A stretch of DNA of 64,000 nucleotides, from assembly GCF_009914755.1 (NCBI RefSeq), contig NC_060926.1, one strand, 5' to 3'. The stretch comes from the human T2T-CHM13v2.0 reference genome, Homo sapiens. The translations under genes and the position numbers were made by a program. The notes under the pieces were generated by a model, which was not told where the DNA came from, did no database searches, and saw nothing but the letters and a program-made list of their open reading frames with translations. Below, in pieces: positions 18,908-40,310 of this stretch. The first letter of the stretch is position 1. Every line of letters begins with the position of its first letter.

Positions 18908-19286
18908 TCAAGCAATCCACCTGCCTCAACTTCCCAGAGTGCTGGGTTTACAGGCATGAGCCACTGCACCTGGCCTATGTTACAGTTAGGTTCACTTGTT
19001 ATCATTTATATTCCATTTTAGGTTTATTTCATACCCTCATTGAAATTTTTAAATTTGTTTATTAAAGTTTATTTTATTTTATTATTTTGTTTTATTTTAT
19101 TTTATTTATTTCATTTTAATGAGAGATGGCGTCTTGCTATGTTGCCTAGGCTGGTTTCAAACTCCTGGCCTCCAGTGATACTCTCGCTTCAGCTTCCCAA
19201 AGTGCTGGGATGACAGGCCCGAGCCACCATGACCCGCCAAGTTGTGTTTTTAGAGAAAATATATTCTCTTTAGAATAAGGATTCTA

Positions 19287-19624
19287 GGCTGGGCGCGGTG
19301 GCTCACGCCTGTAATCCCAGAACTTTGGGAGGCCGAGGCGGGCGGATCATGAGGTCAGGAGATCGAGACCATCCTGGCTAACACAGTGAAACCCCATCTC
19401 TACTAAAAAAACACAGAAAAATTACCCGGGTGCCGTGGCGGGTACCTATAGTCCCAGCTACTCGGGGGCGGGGCGGGGCGGGGCGGGGCGGGGCGGGGGG
19501 GTGGGGCTGAGGCAGGAGAATGGCGTGAACCCGGGAGGCGGAGCTTGCAGTTAGCCGAGATCGTGCCACTGTACTCCAACCCGGGCGACAGCGACTCTAT
19601 CTCAAAAAATAATAATAATAAAAA
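19287..19624 (+). mobile_element. AluY carrying an internal (CGGGG)n expansion
   Basis: TSD AGAATAA(G/A)GATTCTA at 19272-19286 and 19625-19639; repeat at 19463-19507. Confidence 0.9.
19463..19507 (+). repeat. (CGGGG)n pentanucleotide repeat, eight G-runs of at least 4
   Basis: CGGGGG(CGGGG)5CGGGGGGGTGGGGC read directly. Confidence 0.95.
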
Positions 19625-19705
19625 AGAATAAAGATTCTATAGGCACTTCTTTTACAGCAGAGTTATAAGAACCTGAGTTCTTTTACCTTAGGCCCAAGGA
19701 TGTAA

Positions 19706-19969
<264 letters not shown>

Positions 19970-20680
19970 TGATCCGCCCGCCTCGGTCTCCCAAATTGCT
20001 GGGATTATAGGCGTGAGCCACCGTGCCTGGCATAAAGTTTATTTTTTAAACAGTTGAGAATTCCTTGCCAACATTTAAAAAATTTGGAGATTTTACATTT
20101 AATAAATCCAACCGACAGCTTTGCTTAAAAGAATCAGATCGATTTATGCTGGACCTGCCTTCGCATATGGTAACAACTCCAACTCAGTAGATCTGTTGTA
20201 TGACAAGGAAGTTCCCTTAGAGGCCTTCAGGGATTCTGCAACTGAGAGCTACTGCTCTGCTGTTAGAGGGGTACCGAGAAAAGACAGAACTAGAACCTGG
20301 GTCCTTAGACCTAAGCCTTCCTCTTACTACACCATGTTCCCTCTGAACATTAATACCAAATTAATAAAATTACACCTCTGAGGGGGAGTTCAGTGTAGTG
20401 GCTACAAGTCACACTATGAAGTCAGATAGGAGTTCAAAGTTCAAATCAGACACTTACTAATGTCTGATTTTCCTTGTTCTTTTAACCCCTTGTTTAAATT
20501 CCTTAACCCCTTAGGATTTCAGGGGCATCAAGCATAAAACAGGAAGTACCTTAGGGTTATTGTAAAGGATGTCTGAGACAATGTTCCTCCTTTAGTCTTC
20601 TCAAACTCTGTGCTATGGCAGGGTGCAGCGGCTCACGCCTGCACTTGGGGAGGCCAAAGTGGGCAGATCACCTGAGGTCA

Positions 20681-21064
<384 letters not shown>

Positions 21065-21142
21065 TCACACCTGTAATCCCAGCACTTTGGGAGGCCGAGA
21101 TGGGTGGATCATGAGGTCAGGAGATCGAGACCATCCTGGCTA

Positions 21143-21400
<258 letters not shown>

Positions 21401-21417
21401 TCACGCCTGTAATGTTA

Positions 21418-21757
<340 letters not shown>

Positions 21758-23764
21758 TTAAAGTTTGCATCTGAGGTGAGTACCTTACTCGTCCCTCCCT
21801 AGTCCTGGCCCTACTTGCTGCCTTTAAATTTATTATTAGCCCAGCAGCCAGAGCAAGCTCTTTGAAGGCAAATCGGATGATGTCACTCTATTATTAAGTG
21901 GCTTTCCTTTGCACTTAATATAAAGTTGAAAATCCCTAGTGGCCCACACCTCTCAGTTCCCACATGAGCTGGCTCCTGCCCTCCTCCTGAACCTCATCTT
22001 GTGCCATTCTTCCCATTGCCTACTGAACTCCAGCTACACCAGCTGGAATAAGCCAAACAAATGCCCAGGACTTTCATAGAGAATATTCCCTGCCTAGGAT
22101 ATTCTCTTTTCCAAGATATCCCGAAATGCTTTCCTCTTCAACTGGTATTTCCTTTTTTTTTTTTTTTTTTGAAACAGAGTCTTGCTCTGTTGCCCAGGCT
22201 GGAGTGGCATAATCCTGGCTTGCCGCAATGTCCAACTCCCGGGTTCAAGCCATTCTCCTGCCTCAGCCTCCCAAGTAGCTGGGATTACAGGCACCTGCCA
22301 CCACACTCGGCTAATTTTTAATATTTTTGGTAGAGATGGGGTTTCACCATGTTGGCCGGGCTGGTCTCGAACTCCTGACCTCAAATGATCTGCCGGCCTT
22401 GGCCTCCCAAAGTGCTGGGATTACAGGCATGAGCCACCGCACCCGGCCTCAACTGGTATTTTCTTTTCAAGTTTTAGATGTTGGCTCGACTTCCACTTGT
22501 GTTGAAAAGCCTGGCGTGACTCTGTTCTAAGGCAGTGTCCCTGTAACTTTTTCACGGCACTATAAGTTTTTCCTCATACAGTTGTCACATTTGCAATCAC
22601 ATGTTTATTTTTCTGATGATTTGATTAACAACTGTCTGCTCACTTGATTGTAAACCTCAGGAGAGCTTATTTCTTTGTTTTATTTTTCTTGTCACCTTTG
22701 CTCTATTCCCAGTGTCTACTATATAGTAGGTGCTTAATAAATACATAACTGGCTAGGGGTAGTGACTCACGCCTGACATCCTAGCACTTTGGGAGGCCGA
22801 GGCAGGAGGATCACTTGTAGCCAGGAGTTCGAGACCAGTCTGGGCAGCAAAGCAAGACCCTGTCTCTACAAAAAAAAAAAATAAATAAAATAAAGTAAAG
22901 TAAGTACATAACACAGGGACTGGGTCATAAAAAATTCTCTATAAATGTTTGCAAAAATGTGATTAGAAATGTAAATGAGGTAGCATATGAAAGCAAGGAG
23001 GAAAGCAAATGAACTTTCCAAGCATTTTATTGAACTTTCAGTTAGTTACCACTGTTTTTTGTTTGTTTAGTCCATTATTTTGTCTTTTAATCTCAGGCTG
23101 CAGTCTTGTGTTTACCCTTATCATAGCTATAGCTTCTGATTCTGATTAAGGTGTCTATTTTTACTCCAAAGTGGCCCGGTGATTTTTCTTCTGATTGCCT
23201 GAAAGCATCAAAGGTAAGTGAATCAGCTGGGCACAGTGGCTCATGCTTGTAATCCCAGCACGTTGGGAGACCAAGGCAGATGGATCACTTGAGGTAGGGA
23301 GTTCGAGATAAGCCTGGCCAACATGGTGAAACCCCATCTCTACTAAAAATACAAACATTAGCTGGGCATGGTGGCAGGTGCCTGTAGTTCCAGCTACTTC
23401 ACAGGCTGAGGCAGGAGAATCGCTTGAACCTGGGAGGTGGAGGTAGGTTGCAGTGAGCAGAGATCATGCCACTGCACTTCAGTCTGGGTGACAGATCAAG
23501 ACTACATCTCAAAAAAAAAAAAAGTAAGCCAATCATGTATCCAAGCCTTTCAACTATACACCATGTCGAAACTTTTCTCCATAAATAATGACTGCTCACA
23601 CCAAAAAGGCAATAGAATTTTTCTTAGAATTCTTCCATGTGAAATTAAGAAAGTGTATATTCAACATACTTTACTTTCTATGAATGTGGTTTGGCCAGGC
23701 AGGAAGAACAAAGCCCATGAAAGAATGGTGGGGTCCCTTGCTTTTGCTTCCTATCTTCCAGCTC

Positions 23765-24090
23765 TTTGCTTCTCAAAGTATGGTCTGGGCATCAGCAACA
23801 TCAGCCTCAGAGCTGGGAACCTGTCAAAGGCAAAATATGAGGATTCCACTCCCAGAATCTATATTTTTACAAGATCCTAGTGCTTGAAAAATTTAAGAGC
23901 ACGTGTTCTTGTAAAAACAAGTACTCACTGCAGAATGGAAAAAGACTATAGTCCAGGCGTTTCCAAACCTGACTAGTATGAAAACTTCATAAGGTGCTTG
24001 TGTAAAAATAAAAATTCCTATGTTACCCCTCCCAGGAAACTGTAATTTTATAGGTCTAGGGTGGGGCTCAAAAATGACTCTGAAGCTTCC
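23765..24090. mobile_element. Two adjacent MER5-family (hAT-Charlie) fragments
   Basis: gcttctcaaagtatggtctggg-catcagcaacatcagc and aggtctagggtggggctcaaaaat motifs. Confidence 0.55.
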
Positions 24091-24117
24091 AACACCTAAA
24101 ATGACATTTGAAAACTG

Positions 24118-24118
<1 letters not shown>

Positions 24119-24156
<38 letters not shown>
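24119..24156. repeat. (TG)19 microsatellite
   Basis: Directly read. Confidence 0.95.
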
Positions 24157-24158
<2 letters not shown>

Positions 24159-25438
24159 CCCCCATCACTATTTTTTTAATTAAATTTAAAAAAACTAAAT
24201 ACACAAAATTAAGGGCCACTCTGACCCTGAACAGAAGGACACGCAATAAATTTGTAGTAAAATTTAAACATTACTGGCTGGGTGTGGTGGCTCACGCCTG
24301 TAATCCCAGAACGCTGGGAGGCCGAGGCGGGCGGATTACAAGGTCAGGAGATCAAGACCATCCTGGCTAACATGGTGAAACCCCATCTCTACTAAAAATA
24401 TAAAAAATTAGCCAGGCGTGGTGGCGGGCGCCTGTAGTCCCGGCTACTCGGGAGGCTGAGGCAGGAGAATGGCATGAACCCGGGAGACGGAGGTTAGTAA
24501 GCCAAGATTGCACCACTGCACTCCAGCCTGGGCGATAGAGCAAGACTCCATCTCAAAAAAAAAAAAATTTAACATTACTTATTTTTTATCATCAAAAATT
24601 ATAAAAACCTGACAAGAACAGAAAATGTATGTCATTGTAGGAGGCAAGAGGCGTTATTCAAAGCAGAAAGAAACTAGTTAAGTAATAAAGAAGTGACTCT
24701 AATCTCCTTGAATGTGGAGACCATGTTTTAGTTAACTTTGTATCCCAGCACTGTTGTGCCAGACACTTGGTATTCAAAAGTTGTTTGTTCACTGAAGGAT
24801 AATGATTCACACTTACATAGTGTCTATGTGCCAGGTTAAACCACATAATTCCTTTAATCTTGCAGTAGCTTTAAGAGTTTTATATCATTGGTCTCTTTTA
24901 CAGATGAGGAAACTGAGGCACAGAATGGTTCAGATTATAATGATGGTGTCAAGGCTAAAGTAACTCCATCTTGGATGCAAATCTGCCATGTTGACTTTTG
25001 ATTAACCCCTAGTTCTGGAAACTGTTGATTTTGTCCAGTTTTACAATTTAGCCTAGGTGGCAACACAGTTCGGAAGTTTTAGCAGCTTCCTCATTGTCAC
25101 TAGAAAGTGACAAAACTGTACTGAAAAGTAATTCTTTTGAGGGAGTAGGAGAGAGATTCTAAGTGTTTGATTTTATGTTTTCATTATGGTATATTTTAAA
25201 TATTTCATGATTTTATTATTTCAAACACACAGAAAAGTTGAGAAACTTTTTGTAGTAAACATCTGTATACACACCTCTTAGATCCCATCGTTAACATTTT
25301 ACTATATTTGCTTTATCATTATCTATCCATTTCTATCCATCCCTCTATCCATCATCAGTCTCTGTTTTTTAATGCATTTCAAAGTAAATTCTAGCACACA
25401 TCAGTTCATTCTTTTTTTTTTTTTTTTTTTTGAGATGA

Positions 25439-25654
<216 letters not shown>

Positions 25655-26269
25655 TGATCCACCCGCCTTGGCCTCCCAAAGTGCTGGGATTACAGGCGTG
25701 AGCCACCGCGCCAGGCCACCCGGCCAATTTTTGTATTTTTAGTAGAGACGGGGTTTCACCATATTGGCCAGGCTGGTCTCAAACTCCTGACCTCATGATC
25801 CGCCTGCCGCAGCCTCCCAAAATGCTGGGATTACAGGCGTGAGCCACCGTGCCCAGCCCAGTACATCCTTCAAAATGCTGCATCATGCCTATGAGATAAT
25901 TCAATTGACTACTAATCTTTACACTATTTCATACACCTTCCATAAAAGGGGCAAGAAAACCATGAAGAGAACCAGAAATAAGAAAATATGGTCGGGTGCC
26001 ATGACTCATGCCTGTAATCCCAGCACTTTTGGGAGGCCATGCAGAGGCAGGTGGATCACCTGAGGTCAGGAGCTTGAGACCAGCCTGGCCAACATGGTGA
26101 AACCTCATCTCTACTAAAAATACAAAAATTAGCAGGCATGGTGGCGCATGCCTGTAATCCCAGCTACTCAGGAGGCGGAGGTGGGAGATTGCTTGACCTT
26201 AGGAGGATGAGGTTGCGGTGAGCCGAGATCATGCCACTGGACTCCAGCCTGAGCAACAGAGAGAGACTA

Positions 26270-26449
<180 letters not shown>

Positions 26450-26789
26450 TCACACCTGTAATCCCAGCACTTTGGGAGGCTGAGGCGGGTGGATCACGAG
26501 GTCAAGAGATAGAGACCATCCAGGCCAACATGATGAAACCCATCTCTACTAAAAATACAAAAATTAGCTGGGTGTTGTGGCGCATGCCTGTATGTAGTCT
26601 CAGCTACTCAGGAGGCTGAGGCAGGAGAATTGCTTGAACCCGGAGGTGGAGGTTGCAGTGAGCCGAGATCGTGCCACTGCACTCCAGCCTGGTGACAGAG
26701 CGAGACTCTGTCTCACAAATAAATAAATAAATAAATAATAAAAATTAGCTTGGCGTGGTGGCAGGTGCCTATAATCCCAGGTATACTCA

Positions 26790-26903
<114 letters not shown>

Positions 26904-27036
26904 TTAAAAATAAATAAATACATTAATTAATTAAATAAATGAGGCCGGGCGCGGTAGCTCACCCCTGTAATCCCAGCACTTTGGAAGGCCGAGGCGGGTG
27001 GATCACGAGGTCAGGAGATCGAGACTATCCTGGCTA

Positions 27037-27345
<309 letters not shown>

Positions 27346-27776
27346 CTAGTAAATTTATGCAAATTACTACAGAGGATAATTTTTAAAAACAGTACCTTTT
27401 AGATCTATCTTAAATTCATGAAGTCTGATTTTTGGCACTAGAGGTAATTTTGGAACTAACATGTTATTGTTCCCCTGGCAGCATTTCCTTTCTATAAATC
27501 ATCATATTCACATCCCACACGTACATATCCTGTGACAGCCCTAGCTCTGGCCTCTTTCCAGGACACCAGGATACCACTAATGTGAAACAAAACCGTATCT
27601 GGAAAAATTTGGAGAACTCTATTCCCCAGTAATGAGAAACAAATATGGACTGTGCACCTGTTTTCTCCTGTGGGTGAATATTTTAAAATATTTTTTTAAA
27701 ATATTGAGGTAAGGGCTGGGAGTGGTGGCTCCTGTCTGTAATCCCAACACTTTGGGAAGCCGAGGCAGGAGGATCA

Positions 27777-28392
<616 letters not shown>

Positions 28393-28418
28393 TCAGGAGA
28401 TCGAGACCATCCTGGCTA

Positions 28419-28604
<186 letters not shown>

Positions 28605-29009
28605 TCAAAAAGAAAAAAACACCCACAAAACTGGGGTAAAAAACACAGAACATAAAATTTATTATTTTAACCTTTAAAAAACTTAACAGACTGGCCAGGC
28701 GCGACGGTTCACGCCTGTAATTCCAGCACTTTAGGAGGCTGAGGCAGGGGGATCGCTTGAGCCCAAGAATTCAAGACCAGCCTGGGCAACATTTTGAGAC
28801 CCCATGTCTACAAAAACCCAAAAAATTAGCTGGGTGTGGTGGCATGCACCTGTGGTCTCAGCTACTCAGGAGGTGGGAGGATCGTTTGAGCCCAGGAGGC
28901 GGAGGTTGCAGTGAGCCAAGATTGCGCCTCTGCACTATAGCCTGGGTGACAGAGTGAGACCCTGTCTCAAAAAAAAATAAAATAAAATAAAATAAATAAT
29001 AGACTTCCA

Positions 29010-31500
<2,491 letters not shown>

Positions 31501-32047
31501 TGAATTTTAATTATACATGTACTGGCTGTCAATATCAAGCCAGAGAGAAGGAATTCCCAAAGAGATCAACCTTTCTGTTATAAATCATTAGAATTTTATC
31601 ATATTTTGCTTTGAGACAAAGCAAGTCCATCTGTAAACTTCAGCAAAGAGGTTAATTAATTTGGGTATTAGGGTGATGTGTTTTAATTTCTTTTTAGTTT
31701 AGAAATTTTAAAATTATCATTAATTTTTTTTTAGATTTAGAGATCCCCTTATTAACCTCAAACATTTGTATAGTGCAATGTTTCTTTTCTCTTTTCAAAA
31801 TTTTTTTGATACAGGGTCTTGCTCTATCTCCAGGCTGGAGTGCAGTGGTGCGATCATGGCTCACTGCAGCCTCAACTTCCTGGGCTGAAGTAATCCTCCC
31901 ACCTCAGCCTCTAGAGTAGCTCTAGAGTAGCCACAGCACATGCCACTATACCCAGCTAAGTTTTTTTGTGTGTATATATATATATGTTTTTGTTTTTTTT
32001 TTTTGAGACGGACTTTCGCTCTTGTTGCCCAGGCTGGAATGCAATAG

Positions 32048-32173
<126 letters not shown>

Positions 32174-33251
32174 TAGTAGAGACGGGGTTTCTCCATGTTG
32201 GTTAGGCTGGTCTCAAACTCCTGACCTCAGGTGATCACCTGCCTCCGCCTCCCAAAGTTCTGGGATTATAGGCGTGAGCCACCATGCCCAGCCTTTGTAT
32301 TTTTTAGTAGAGATAGGGTTTCACCATGTTGCCCAGGCTGATCTCTAACTCCTAGGCTCAAGTGATCCACCTGCCTTGGCCTCTCAAAGTGTTGGGATCA
32401 CAGGTGTGAGCAACCATTACCAGCCTAGTGCAATGTTTCCATATGGCTCAATAGTGTGCGTGTGCATATTGTGGGTTTTACAGTGTAGTATCAATGTGCC
32501 CAAATTCTGGCTCCCATGATATGACCTCGGCCACCCTTTCAGAGTCTTCCCTGGTATTTACAAGGGAATCTTCAGGGGTGGTGCTTGTTCTTTAAGCTCC
32601 AAAATCAGTTATGCTTTTTTCTCACTGCTCCAGACACAGGCCTTCAGAGCCCTTTCCTACCACTCTGCCAATCACCATCAGCAGTTTTTCTTTTTAGGCC
32701 TCAGCACCTACTCTTCCTTCTAACTGCGTGACCCTCACCAGTACTGCACTAGGGGTGGAGAATGGGAGGTGAGAATCTCTGCTTGTTCTCTTTTCATGTG
32801 TGGTTTTTTTTTTTTTTTTTTTTTTTTGTATTTTTAGTAGAGACGGGGTTTCACTGTATTTGCCAGGATGGTCTCCATCTCCTGACCTCGTGATCCGCCC
32901 ACCTCGGCCTCCCAAAGTGCTGGGATTACAGTCGTGAGCCACCGCGCCTGGCTTTTATGTTTCTAAATTTTTTTTTTTTTTTTTTGAGACAGAGTCTTGC
33001 TCTGTTGCCCACGCTGGAGTGCAGTGGTGTGTGATCTCAGCTCACTGCAACCTCTGCTTCCCGGGTTCAAGCAATTCTCCTGCCTCAACCTCCTGAGTAG
33101 CTGGGATTACAGGCATGTGCCACCATGTCCAGCTAATTTTTGTATTTTTAGGAGAGACAGGGTTTCACCATGTTGGCCAGGCTGGTCTGGAACTCCTGAC
33201 CTCGTGATCCGCCTACCTGGGCCTCCCAAAGTGCTGAGATTACAGGCGTGA

Positions 33252-33521
<270 letters not shown>

Positions 33522-34091
33522 TAGCCAGGATGGTCTCGATCTCCTGACCTTGTGATCTGCCCACCTCAGCTTCCCAGAGTGCTGGGATTACAGGCGTGAG
33601 CCACTGTGCCTGGCCATCTTTCTTTTCTTTTCTTTTTCCTTTTTTTTTTTTTTTTTTTTTTTGAGACGGCGTCTTGCTCTCTCGCCCAGGCTGGAGAAAT
33701 GAGTGTTGGATTTTTTTTTTTTCAAACGCTTTTCTGCTTCAATCAGACCTGCTTTCTGAGTCCATGTTTCTGATTTCAGCAAATTCCTCTTTGCGGAATG
33801 AGTGTCAATATGAAGGAATTTCTACTTCCCTTAAGGTGCTCACCACCTCTGCCCAAAATGGTTTGGCTGTGGTCCCTTAAAAGGCCATCACTTCAAAATA
33901 GACTAGTCATGAAAATCAGTACATTTCTCAATGTTGAGGGTATTTGCTGTCAAAACCACGTGCAACAAGATATCAACAACACAGCTGATGGTGAATTTCA
34001 CCCAGTCTTCCCCAATTCTATGTTTACAATCATTTATTTTTTATTTTTTTGAGGCAGGGTCTCACTCTGCCACCAGGCTGAAGTGCAGTAG

Positions 34092-34601
<510 letters not shown>

Positions 34602-35148
34602 TGATCCGCCCACCCTGGCCTCCCAAAGTGCTGGGATTACAGGCGTGAGCCACCACGCCCGGCCACGAATATGTATTTCTGTTTGAAAACTTGCTGAGAC
34701 CTTAAAGACTACAGTTAAGAGATTCAGGACCCAGGCTCAGATTCCTTGAATTAAAGTGTTTGTAGGCCCAGGCTGGTCTCAAACTCCTGAGTTCAGGTGA
34801 TCCACCCGCCTTGGCTTCCCAAAGTGCTGGGATTACAGGTGTGAGCCACAGCACCTGGCTAAGACCCTGTTTCAAAAAATAAAAATAAAAATAGGCCGGG
34901 TGCGGTGGCTTACGCCTGTAATCACAGCACTATGGGAGGCCGAGGCGGGTGGATCACCTGAGGTCTGGAGTTCGAGACCAGCCTGGCCAATGTGGTGAAA
35001 CCCCGTCTCTACTAAAATTACAAAAATCAGGCCAGGCATGGTGGCTCACGCCTATAATCCCAGCACTTTGGGAGGCTGAGGCAGGCGGATCATGAGGTCA
35101 AGAGATGGAGACCATCCTGGCCAACATGGTGAAACTCCGTCTCTACTA

Positions 35149-35413
<265 letters not shown>

Positions 35414-35492
35414 TCACCTGAACCCAGAAGGGGAGCTGAGATTATGCCAGTGCACTCCAGCCTGGGCAACAAAGTGACACTCCATCTCAAAA

Positions 35493-35523
<31 letters not shown>

Positions 35524-35618
35524 ATAGAAAAATTAATTTAAAAAATAGAAACAAATTAAAATGAGGGGCTTGAATTGCATTGGAGACTTATTCAGGGGAA
35601 TCTTTTTTTTTTTTTTGA

Positions 35619-35720
<102 letters not shown>

Positions 35721-35945
35721 TGAGTAGCTGGGATTACAGGCATGCACCACCATGCCTGGCTAATTTTTGTATTTTAATAGAGACAGGTTTTCACGATGGT
35801 CAGGATGGTCTGGAACTCCTCACCTCCACTCGCTTTGGCCTCTTAAAGTGCTGGGATTACAGGCGTGAGCCACCGAGCCCGGCTATTCGGGGGAATCTTT
35901 CAGATTAAAGAAAAAGATTGGCTAGATGAGATACTGAGAGATTAA

Positions 35946-36236
<291 letters not shown>

Positions 36237-36312
36237 TAAGTTTTGTATTTTTAGTAGAGACGGGGTTTTGCCGTGTTGGCCAGGCTGGTCTTGAACTCCT
36301 GACCTCAGGTGA

Positions 36313-36513
<201 letters not shown>

Positions 36514-36621
36514 TGAGTAGCTGGGACTACAGGCACCCGCCACCACGCCCGGCTAATTTTTTTGTATTTTTAGTAGAGATGGGGTTTCACCGTGTTAGCC
36601 AGGATGGTCTCAAGCTGCTGA

Positions 36622-37051
<430 letters not shown>

Positions 37052-37099
37052 TAGATTTGATTATTTACAGTCTTTCACCTCAAGGCCCTGAAGTTTTGA

Positions 37100-37615
<516 letters not shown>

Positions 37616-38030
37616 TAGTCTTGATCTCTTGACCTCGTGATCCGCCTGCCTTGGCCTCCCAAAGTGCTGAGATTACAGGCGTGAGCCACCGTGCCCGGCC
37701 TATTTTGTATTTTCAGTAGAGACAGAGTTTCACCATTTTGACCAGGCTGGTCTCAAACATCTGACCTTAAGTAATCCGCCCGCCTCAACCTCCCAAAGTG
37801 CTGTGATTACAGGCGTGAGCCACCGTGTCTGGCCCTGTTTTTCAATTTTTACCATTTACAAGTACTTTCAGAAGTACTTAGAACAAACCTAAATGACTAG
37901 GGCAAGAAATTTTATCATCTCCGTTTGACACTTGGTGAAACAGTCTCAAAATGTATGACTAGCCCAAGTTCATAGAGGTGATCAATGATGCTACAGTTAT
38001 GAAAATCAGATATTCATCCAGACTTTACTA

Positions 38031-38330
38031 TGACAAAGATTCTTTGGCCAAACTTTAGTCAGACTTCTGAATCTTCTGCTAGGTCCATCCGTGCACTTCC
38101 TTGTAAAGTCTAGTTTTAGCAGAAAACTGAGCTAAGTCAGTTTAGCAAGAACCCCTCTTCCTCCATATCTGATCAGGCTCCTCATCCTCCACCATCTCCC
38201 AGGTGATGTCTGATCACTGTGGCCTGTCTTCAGCAAGAATCCTGTTAGATTGATTTGGCCAGAGTTTCACTTACCCCTGAGGTTTCCTCTTAGTAATTTT
38301 CTATCTACTGACCCCCTACATTGTTCCTTG
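38031..38330 (+). mobile_element. ERV1 LTR fragment (MER31-like)
   Basis: tgacaaagattctttggccaaactttagtcag...gctaagtcagtttagcaagaacccc...ggcctgtcttcagcaagaatcctgttag. Confidence 0.65.
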
Positions 38331-38411
38331 GTGAATCAGATTCCTGAACCATTGCTCAAGACAAATGTCTGCCAAAGCTGGTAAGAACAGATGTGGATTC
38401 TTAAGGTATCA

Positions 38412-38645
<234 letters not shown>

Positions 38646-38679
38646 TCACGAGATCAGGAGATCGAGACCATCCTGGCTA

Positions 38680-39021
<342 letters not shown>

Positions 39022-39322
39022 TCACCTGAAACCCTTCTTCTCTGAAACCAGAAATCCCTACTGATTATAACCTTTGCCAACTTTGTCCACCACTGCCAGA
39101 TCCTTTCCCTTCTCACTCCAGCCCCACAGTCACTTGCACTTTAGGCTCCCTACCCTCCACTGGGGGCTCTGAAGGGACTGAGAGGACCCTCCAAATCAAT
39201 CACTTGAGGCTGAAAAGAGAGAAAAAAATGAGACTGTTTTGAAACAGGGCAAATAAAAAAAAAAGTAAAAAGAATTTTCCACAAATATTGGTAAAAAGCT
39301 TTAGCCCTTACTAAGTAGGTAA

Positions 39323-39523
<201 letters not shown>

Positions 39524-39609
39524 TAGTAGAGATGGGCTTTCACTATGTTGGCCAGGCTAGTCAAAGTGCTAGGATTACAGGTATGAGTCACCGCACCCGG
39601 CCAAGTATT

Positions 39610-40310
39610 CCTATTTTTATGGCAATATAGTTATTTGCATAATTTCTATAAAAATGTGTTCTCCTGTAACAAGACATAATTGGAGGCACTGGTTGTATTA
39701 ACCAGGTTTTGACTGGAATGTCATATTTTCAAACATGACCAGATGGCATTAAGGAGCTATGGTTGACTTTATGGAGCCAATAAAGTCTTCGTTTGAAAAA
39801 CTGGCCTGATTGTTCCCAGACTTACAGGTGAGTGGCCTGAGTGGCCGGGCGCGGGGGCTCACACCTGTAATCCCAGCACTTTGGGAGGCCGAGGCAGGTG
39901 GATCACGAGATCAGGAGTTCAATACCAACCTGGCCAAGATGGTGAAACCCCATCTCTACTAAAAATACAAAAAAAAAAAAAAAAAAAAAATTAGCCAGGC
40001 GTGGTGGCAGGTGCCTGTAATCCCAGCTATTCAGGAGGCTGAGGCCGAGAATTGCTTGAATCCAAGAGGCAGAAGTTGTAGTGAGCTGAGATCACGCCAC
40101 TGCACTCCAGCCTGGGCGACGGAGTGAGACTCCGTCTCAATAAACAAACAAAAACAAACAAAAAAGCCAAAAAAAAAAAAAAAAAAGAACCACAGATGAG
40201 TAAGGAATGTCACTCTCTGGCAGGCCCAGGAACTTCAGTGTATTTTAGGGACCCCCAAGAAGAGAGGAATACAGTCAAATCTCTAAGTGTTTCAGATGTA
40301 GCCTGATGGC
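39610..40310 (+). mobile_element. ERV1 (MER4-group) internal-region fragment split by an Alu
   Basis: gttatttgcata...ttgactggaatgtcatattt...ggttgactttatggagccaataaa...gtaaggaatgtcactctctggcaggcccaggaac resembles recalled MER4-group internal sequence. Confidence 0.55.

Noticed and set aside
25094-25113. 8-bp inverted repeats here and at 50348-50365, and the AT palindrome near 27677-27692
   Set aside because: Lengths and AT content are compatible with chance in 64 kb.
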